DNA of 64,000 nt, taken from Octopus vulgaris (lineage: Eukaryota). Position 1 is the stretch's first letter. Every line of letters begins with the position of its first letter. The stretch lies in contig OX597828.1 of the NCBI GenBank assembly GCA_951406725.2, positions 59,954,001 through 60,018,000 of the forward strand, in the 5' to 3' direction. Positions 56,759 to 64,000 of this stretch are shown here, one piece after another. The position numbers and the translations under genes are program-made. The notes under the pieces were generated by a model. That model was not told the DNA's origin and made no database searches. It worked only from the letters and a program-made list of their open reading frames with translations.

Positions 56759-57320
56759 TATTGGGTTGTCCAGAAAGTTTGTGCCAATTTTTAAAGGAAA
56801 GAAAAAAGTCAATAAATACTTGCCATTACATTTTTAATCAACCAAATATAAACCATTTTGTTGCACAATGTGTCTCCATCTTTCCTTTAACTTGAAAATA
56901 CCCTCTTCCCAGAATTGAGGTGACAAAGAATTCATCAAGGTATCTTTTTACGTCATTCAAGGAATTGAAATTTTTACCATTAAGACTATTCTGCAGAGAC
57001 GTGAATAAGTGGAAATCCGAAGGAGCAATATCTGGTGAATACGGAGTGTGGGGTAACACATCCCAGCCAAGCTGCAGCAATTTTTGTCTGGTTCCCAAAG
57101 CATCAAGTGCTGAAAATGAACTTTCTTATCTTCCATTTTAAAGGGTTACAGAATTAACACAGGTTATAGGAACATAAACCTTCTTCCACGAAAAGATAGC
57201 TTAAACTGTGCTATAAATGGAGGTGTAGTCAAATCCTTTTTTATGGACTCAACCATGTTTTAAAATAAGTCGAAAGGTATGCTACTATAAATCGGCATGA
57301 ACTTTTCAGACAACCCAATA
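56759..57320 (-). mobile_element. Internally deleted mariner with both TIRs
   Basis: TIRs TATTGGGTTGTC.AGAAAGTT and AACTTTTCAGACAACCCAATA; peptide LGWDVLPH.PYSPDIAPSDFHLF. Confidence 0.9.
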
Positions 57321-57404
57321 TATATAAGGCAAGGAAGAAAATGGAGAAGAGATTCAATTGACAAACATCAGTTAGATTTATTTTTTATAATCATATATAT
57401 ATAT

Positions 57405-58260
57405 ATAGCTTGGGCAAAGTTCAGAAAGCTCCTACCCCTATTGGTGACAAAGGGCCTCTCACTCAGAGTGAAAGGTAGATTGTATGATACATGTGTGCGA
57501 ACTGCCATGACAGTGGAACATGGGCCATGACTCCTGAAGACATTGTAGGCTCAAAAGAAATGAAGCTAGCATGATCCACTGGATGTGTAACGTCAGTGTG
57601 CACCCTGAGAAAAATGTTGGACATAAGAAGCATCAGATGTGGCATACAGGAGAGACATCTGCGTTGGTATGGTCATGTACTATGGATGGATGAGGAGATC
57701 TGTGTGAAGAAGTGCCACACCCAAACAGTGGAAGGAATCTGGGTTAGAGGGAGACCCAGGAAGACATGGGATGAGGTGATGAAGCATGACCTTCGAACAC
57801 TGGGCCTCACAAAGACAATGACAAAAGACTGAAACCTCTGGAAATATGCTGTGACTGAGAAGACCCGGCAAATAAAGTGAGTTCACAGCTGTAACCCACA
57901 CTAATGTGGCATAACCAGCTTACTCAAAAGTACCTTGGATCGTAGGGCGACATGCCATGCTTGAGGAGACCTATTGAGTCAAGTACATCAAAACCAAAAT
58001 CAAATGGAAATTGTAGTTGTGATCCCCATGCCGGTGGCACATAAAAAGCACCAACTGATCATGCTCGTTGCCAGTCCCTACTGGCCCCTGTGCTGGTGGC
58101 ACAGAAATAGTACCCAGTACACTCTCAGAGTGGTTGGCATTAGGAAGGGCATCCAGCTGTAGAAGCACTGCCACATCAGACTGGAGCCTGGTTTACCAGA
58201 CCCCAGTTGTTTACCAACCCATGCCAGCATGGAAAATGGACGTTAAACAATGATGATGAT
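57405..58260 (+). mobile_element. 5'-truncated, decayed RTE LINE
   Basis: AWAKFRKLLP, LRWYGHV, RGRP, 3' UTR and GAT tail. Confidence 0.88.
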
Positions 58261-58269
58261 ATATACATG

Positions 58270-59553
58270 TAGAGGATGCAAGGGGTAAATTGCCACCATT
58301 TTATATTTTTAATTTTGCGCTTTTGTTTTTGCTTTTGTTGACTACACAGTATGGTAGTGTCAGTTGAGTTCCATCCGTGCAAAAACAGCACCATGACGCA
58401 AATCCATTCAACCAGAAATTTGGAAACAGCATGCTGTACTGCTTGGCATTCATGCTGGAAGCTCCAATATGAATATTTCAGAGTGTTTGGGTGTCAATCT
58501 GAGGACAGTGCAGAGGATTCGAAAAGAGTTGGATGAGTCTGATGGTGATTACAAGGTATGGCAGCTCAGAAAACTCACTCTGATCATTCTGATAAGAAAA
58601 GAACTTCTGAATTTGTTGGTGAGATCCAGGCCATGACTGACAATGATCCCTCCAAGTCAATCAGGTCTATTGCCAGGGTCATGGGAGAGTCTGAATTACT
58701 CATCAGGCAGGTAGTGTTTCAATACATTCGGTATCCCTCATACAAGATGAGAAAGGGCCAATTTTTATCCCAAGCCATCAAGGACAAGAGGAAAGACTGT
58801 GCTATGAAACTTTTGAACAATTTCAAGCATACCCTCCACCCGAACATGCTTTGGTTTTTCTCAAATGAGAAAAATTTCTGCCAGGATCAGATGGTGAACA
58901 GGCAGAACAATTGTTGGCTTGCTGTGTTCCCAGAACATGTACCAAGAATGATAAAAATCAAAAATCCAGTCAGCATCATGGTTTTTAGAGTGATCACTAG
59001 TGATGGTGATGTTATGCCTCCATTCATCTTCCCATATCAATTGCCTATATCAATTGCCTGGAGGAGGTAGTGCTGCCCTGGTCAAGAAGGATTGGGAGGA
59101 GGGCTACTGGACGACCTTATATCTGGCAACAGAACTCTGCACCATGCCATACAAGCAGGAGAAGCCAGTCATGGCTGTCAGACAGTTTTGACGACCACAT
59201 CATCCCTAACATCTGGTCATCTAACTCCCCAGACTGCAACCTCCTTGATTATTATGTATAGGGCACAGTTGAACAAGAATCCAACAAAACTTCTTGTACA
59301 CCGAAGATGAATTGAAGGCAAGGATTATGGCAGCATTCACCAACCTAAACCAGGAGACTATCCAGAAGCGTTTCAGGAAATTCCAAAGTTATCTGAAGGC
59401 CATGGTTGAGGCCAATGGTGATTTTATTGAATAAATTTACTCTAGTATTTCAAGATATTTTTATGTAATTTTGGTAAATATATCTGTTAAATTGAGATGT
59501 CAGTGTTATTTTCGTTGTTACGTAATTTAGACAATTTATTCACTGCATCTTGT
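58270..59553 (+). pseudogene. Tc1/mariner-superfamily DD37D (maT-like) transposon, decayed
   Basis: FFSNEKNF, IMVF..I.SDG, WQQNSAPCH..SPDCNLLDY with 37 residues between the last two catalytic positions. Imperfect TIRs. Confidence 0.8.
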
Positions 59554-59653
59554 GTGTGTGTGTGTGTGTGTATATATATTTATATATATGTATGTATATA
59601 TATATATATAAAAAATATATATATATATGTATGTATATATGTATGTATGTGTC

Positions 59654-59704
<51 letters not shown>

Positions 59705-60294
59705 GTGTGTATGTATATATATGGATATGATTACATATATGTATGTCTGAGGAAGCACAGGCACTTGTATTTACAAGTTAATGTATAATAGAAGATAAGT
59801 TATGGCTCAAATATAAGCACAAATTGTTTTGTTACCTGATAGTCACATACCTGACAATAAGAGGGTGACTTTATATTCACGATGTAATCTACATACAAAT
59901 GATAGATGCCTTACTTCTGAAGCACATGTTGCACTAAAATGTGATTGTTCATTCTTGTTATTTTAGTACATATATATTTACAACATACTCTATGTAATGT
60001 ATGTGGCTACAAGAATTAGTGTTGTGTAGTGCTTGTTATCTTGTCAAAATTATTCCTAATTTTGTAATGGATGAAATGAATTTTACTCATTGATTAATAA
60101 ATTTATTGATCTATCAATGTTCCTTTGGGTGTTTTACTCTACTCATTTGTAAGCTGGTTGTTAATGAGTTAATGACCATGATTTATGGGATTCCTATAAA
60201 CTGATACATATATGTGTGTGTATTATATCATACATAGTGTATGTGTGTGTGTATATATATATAAGATGTTTTCAAATAATCATAATAATAATAC

Positions 60295-60506
60295 TCCTTT
60301 CTAGTAAAGGTACCAGGCCTGAAATTTTGGGGTGGGGACTAGTTGATTACATCATCCCCAGTGCTTCACTGTTACTTAATTTATTGGCCATGAAAAGATG
60401 AAGGGTAAAGTTGACCTCAGCAGAATTTGAACTCAGTACTTAAAGATGGATGAAATACTGCTGAGCATTTCACCCAGCATGCTAATGACTCTACCAGCTT
60501 GGTGCC

Positions 60507-60510
<4 letters not shown>
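60295..60510 (-). mobile_element. Degenerate tRNA-SINE of a second family (Meta-domain-like)
   Basis: Reverse complement contains GAGTTCAAATTC (B box) and CTTCATCTTTTC..CAATAAATTAAGTA. Confidence 0.55.
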
Positions 60511-60542
<32 letters not shown>

Positions 60543-61049
60543 GCAAGCACACCCATCCTTTTTACAATGTAATTTATTATTATGGTGCACTCCTTTGGAC
60601 AGTTAAATTGAACTTGGGCACAGCTAGAAGTCGTTTCAAGTTGATAAACATAAAAAGTATAATTATTTTGTTAGCAGTTTATGTGGTATTAAGCAACCTA
60701 GGTAATGAATAAAGTTTTTTGAACGCAAATTTGGCAGTTAGTAATAAATGAAAGCCCATAAAATGAGATCACAATTGCAGTAGGCATTAGGGATCCTTTA
60801 TCTCACCTGAAGTGTTTTGTAGCATGTAGTTATTTTACTCGAAGCTTTTTTTTTCAATGAAAGCCATGTATGATAAAGAAAAGCAAACATTTATAGCAAA
60901 CACACAAATAGAAAAATAAATATCAGAGCATGCTTATGAGCGAACAGTGTGCATGAAGTAAGAAGGGTCATTGAAGGTAATGTACTGTTAACAGCAATCG
61001 GGGAAATGAAGCAAAATATCAATGGAATGCTTACAGGAAGTCTGATTGC

Positions 61050-62149
61050 TAACAGCCACAGTTTGGCATAGATGTGAAGATTGCAGTAGAGGAATAACTA
61101 CTGTAGGGCTGCTTTGTAGACAACATTTTTGGTTTTTCCTTCAGGCGCATAGATGAATAAGTTGTCTGTATGACTAGAACAACCAATGTAGAACTGTCCA
61201 TGTGAAAAGCATAATGTCCAAAGGTCTAATTGACAACTTCCAGTGATTGATCTTGTGCTTTATCAATTGTCATGGCAAAGCTGAGTTTAAGAGGGAACTG
61301 AAGTCTCCGCATAGAGTAGGGGCTATCTTTTGGGGTTAGTGGAATTTTTGGAATAAATACAGTATCGTTTTTGCTGTGTCCTATGATAATTTGGGCTTCA
61401 ATGACGTGGTCCATCATTTGTTTGACCACAAGGCAAGTTCCATTGCATAGTATGGGAGGATGACAAAGCAACTGACTTTTAAGTGAAGTTCATGAGGAGG
61501 GAGTTCTGGAGGATGTTGGGAGTTGAGAAATTCTGTTGAAAGTGTGTAACCTGATTGAGGTTAGTAACAGTGTCTACTAATCTGTAGCAACGTTCTTGAG
61601 AAGGCAGCTTACTAAGTCGTAGTTAAGAGTGTTGACAGCTGCATTTGTAGGTGCAAGCATAACCCTGTTGTGAAGCCAATGTGGTTTTATGTATTCTGTT
61701 CTAAGATTTGAGTAAACAGCAGAACACAAGTCATCAGGACTGGAGACAGTGTGGCCAATGGTGATAGTGTCAATGTATCCATTGTCGGTGAAAGTAATTT
61801 CTCCATCACTGATTTTAAGGAGCCTTTCCAAAAACTGGGTTGTAGGTTGACCCAGTAAATGAGCATTGTAAAAACTGTTGTAGAAGACGAAGTAGCAGAA
61901 CTACATCAAGAGTAATGTCCCTTGAAGCAACAATCATTGGTATTTGTTATTTACCTATGAGAAGATGTTTTCATCCCCCTAAGAGTGGTATTACTCATTA
62001 TGTGGAAAATTTGAAGAGTCTATGACCATCTCTGGAACATAAGTGATGTATTTTCCCAGCATGAACCAAATCAGATGAAAAATATTGATTTTAAGGGGGA
62101 TCAAGAAAAAGGCCTGTACACACACACATCTGTTTTATTATATATAAGA
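61050..62149 (-). pseudogene. Helitron remnant with PIF1 helicase fragments and 5' terminus
   Basis: MLAPTNAAV..LN, LCNGT, RLQFPLKLSFAMTI.KAQ.QSL; 5' TCTTATATATAATAAAA on the minus strand. Confidence 0.82.
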
Positions 62150-62225
62150 TAAGATAGATTAATCAGTACTACAAGTGATATTATAAATTTAATAATCTCT
62201 CTTAATTTTACTTTTTATATTTCAG

Positions 62226-62319
62226 ATATAATAGTTTAACCAAGGTCCCAAAATCCCTGGAAAATTGTGTAAATATGGATGAGTTTAATGTTGAAGGAAA
62301 CAACATATCATCATTACCT
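62226..62319 (+). CDS. SHOC2: SHOC2 internal exon ([32 protein letters not shown])
   Basis: TTTCAG acceptor, GTAAAT donor, phases 2 and 0. Completes the AG|A Arg codon from the previous exon and continues the LRR. Confidence 0.92.
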
Positions 62320-62389
62320 GTAAATCTTTATTCATTTATTTTATTCATTCGTTTTTGTTTAACCTTTTTGTCTACATAAAAAAAAATGT

Positions 62390-62430
<41 letters not shown>

Positions 62431-62989
62431 TAATATATTATTATTAATATAAGGAAATTAATTTTCTTATATTAATAATAATAATATATTATTAAAAAAT
62501 ATATCTATATATCGCTCATATTAAATATATAAATACTTTAATAGTATTAATATTTTTATACAGTGGAGCACTCAATATAAATTCAGTATATAATATTCTT
62601 ATTGAATATATTTACCTAAAGTTATATATATATATATATATTCTATCTATATTTTCTTTGACTTAAGTGTAATTATGTGATTGAATTATATTCAAGCAGT
62701 ATCTTCATTTTCGTTACTGATGTATTTAATAATTCTAAACTGTAAGAAACTTAGAATGGGCTTACTGAGGGCAACTATTTGGGCACCAGCCATTTAGCAC
62801 AGGTGTTTCGATGCTAAACATGTTTTGGCTGTAACTTATTTGATGACAGATTTTTGGCACTGGAGGCAAGTATAGAAAGAGAGAGAACATCATTATCATC
62901 ATCATCATCCATCTTCCATACTGGCATGGGTTGGACAGTTTGACCAGAAAGCTGCACCAGGTTCTAGTTTGATTTGGCTCAGTTCCTAC

Positions 62990-63250
62990 GGATCTTTTTG
63001 GTTTGAACGGCAGTTTTTTCTAGCAGCATCATATGAAATTGTCACCCATAATTATGACCCTAGTATCGATCTTTTGCATTTCAATCTGTTTTAGTGTTAG
63101 AGTTAGTGGTGGGGGGGAAGGGTATCTTTTTTTCTTCAGAAATGTAAATAAACCCAATCTGTTTCTTAAATGAGGGACATATTCATATGGCACAGAATGT
63201 TTTCACCTCAATAGACATCATTGATTGGTTGAAATTGCAGAAATTGAAGA
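62990..63250 (+). mobile_element. Monomeric relative of the 38279-39069 MITE, truncated
   Basis: GGATCTTTT..TTTGAACGGCAGTTTTTT followed directly by CATATGAAATTGTCACCCATAATTAT. Confidence 0.8.
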
Positions 63251-63254
63251 AACT

Positions 63255-64000
63255 GCTCTCACATTATTTTGCCATCTTGCTCAGTTTTAGGCATCCTCCC
63301 TCAAGCCAACCTTCCCAATTTCCTCCTCCACCTGTCCTCTCCACGGTTTCTTTTGTTGACCTCTCTTGTGGTTCATTCACTTTAAACTCAAGCACTCTCC
63401 TCAGAACATGATCCTCAACACATGCCCATACCACCACACTCCATTCACCCTTGCTAGCTGTTCCACCAATTCCTCCAATCCCAGCATCCCCATCAAGTCC
63501 TCAACCTTCCTTTTATCCAATAGTTTCACACCACACATTGCTCTCTTGGTCCTTCTCAAAATTTTGATTTCTGGTTTCCTTCAGATACCATGTCTCACTT
63601 CCATACATCATTGCAGATCTCATGCAACTCCGATAAACCCTCCTTTTCATCTTCAAGGAGAACCTGTTCCTATATAAATAACGCTCCACATTCCCTGAAC
63701 TTCACCCAGCCAAGTCTTGCTCTTGCTGTCAGAGCTGCTTCACATCCACCACTTACATCTAACCTATCTCCCAAATAACAAAACCCTCTCACCATTTCCA
63801 CTTCATCACTTAGCATTTCCACTGGTTCCGCCAGCCCTCTAGCTCCTTTCTCACATCTTCCACAAATAAAATCTCTTGCCAGTATTGGGGTCATCTTAAT
63901 TTTTGTACATCTACCATGAATCCGTTTCCCACATTTCATACACAACACTGCATTTGCCTTTACCCTCCTCCCACACACACCACACGGATCTGCCTTACTC
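63255..64000 (-). pseudogene. Divergent RTE LINE remnant with a PHD-containing RT
   Basis: CGRRVKANAVLCMKCGKRIHGRC..FICGRC, FCYLGD, ARLGWVKFREC. Confidence 0.82.

Overview
AT-rich metazoan genomic DNA, most likely an octopus. That assignment is inferred from the SINE/RTE repertoire and the very long TA microsatellites. The only host gene recognised is a + strand leucine-rich-repeat gene matching SHOC2/Sur-8, with three short internal exons (45518-45638, 47411-47519, 62226-62319) that have phase-compatible AG/GT sites. Almost everything else is intronic or intergenic mobile DNA: a 5'-truncated CR1-group LINE with an intact EN-RT ORF2, RTE LINEs whose RT carries an inserted PHD finger, a Hero/R2-group fragment, a full-length decayed Gypsy element with LTRs, PBS, PPT and TSD, Helitron and Tc1/mariner remnants, tRNA-derived SINEs, a fold-back MITE, and several Penelope-like (PLE) fragments. 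The most notable non-coding signal is a set of hammerhead-ribozyme motifs from about six sequence families, often as inverted pairs in ORF-less PLE-like elements. A SINE and its probable partner LINE also share a 3' structure with a compensatory base change. The many YIYIY ORFs are microsatellite artefacts. All calls were made by eye; no database search or folding program was run.
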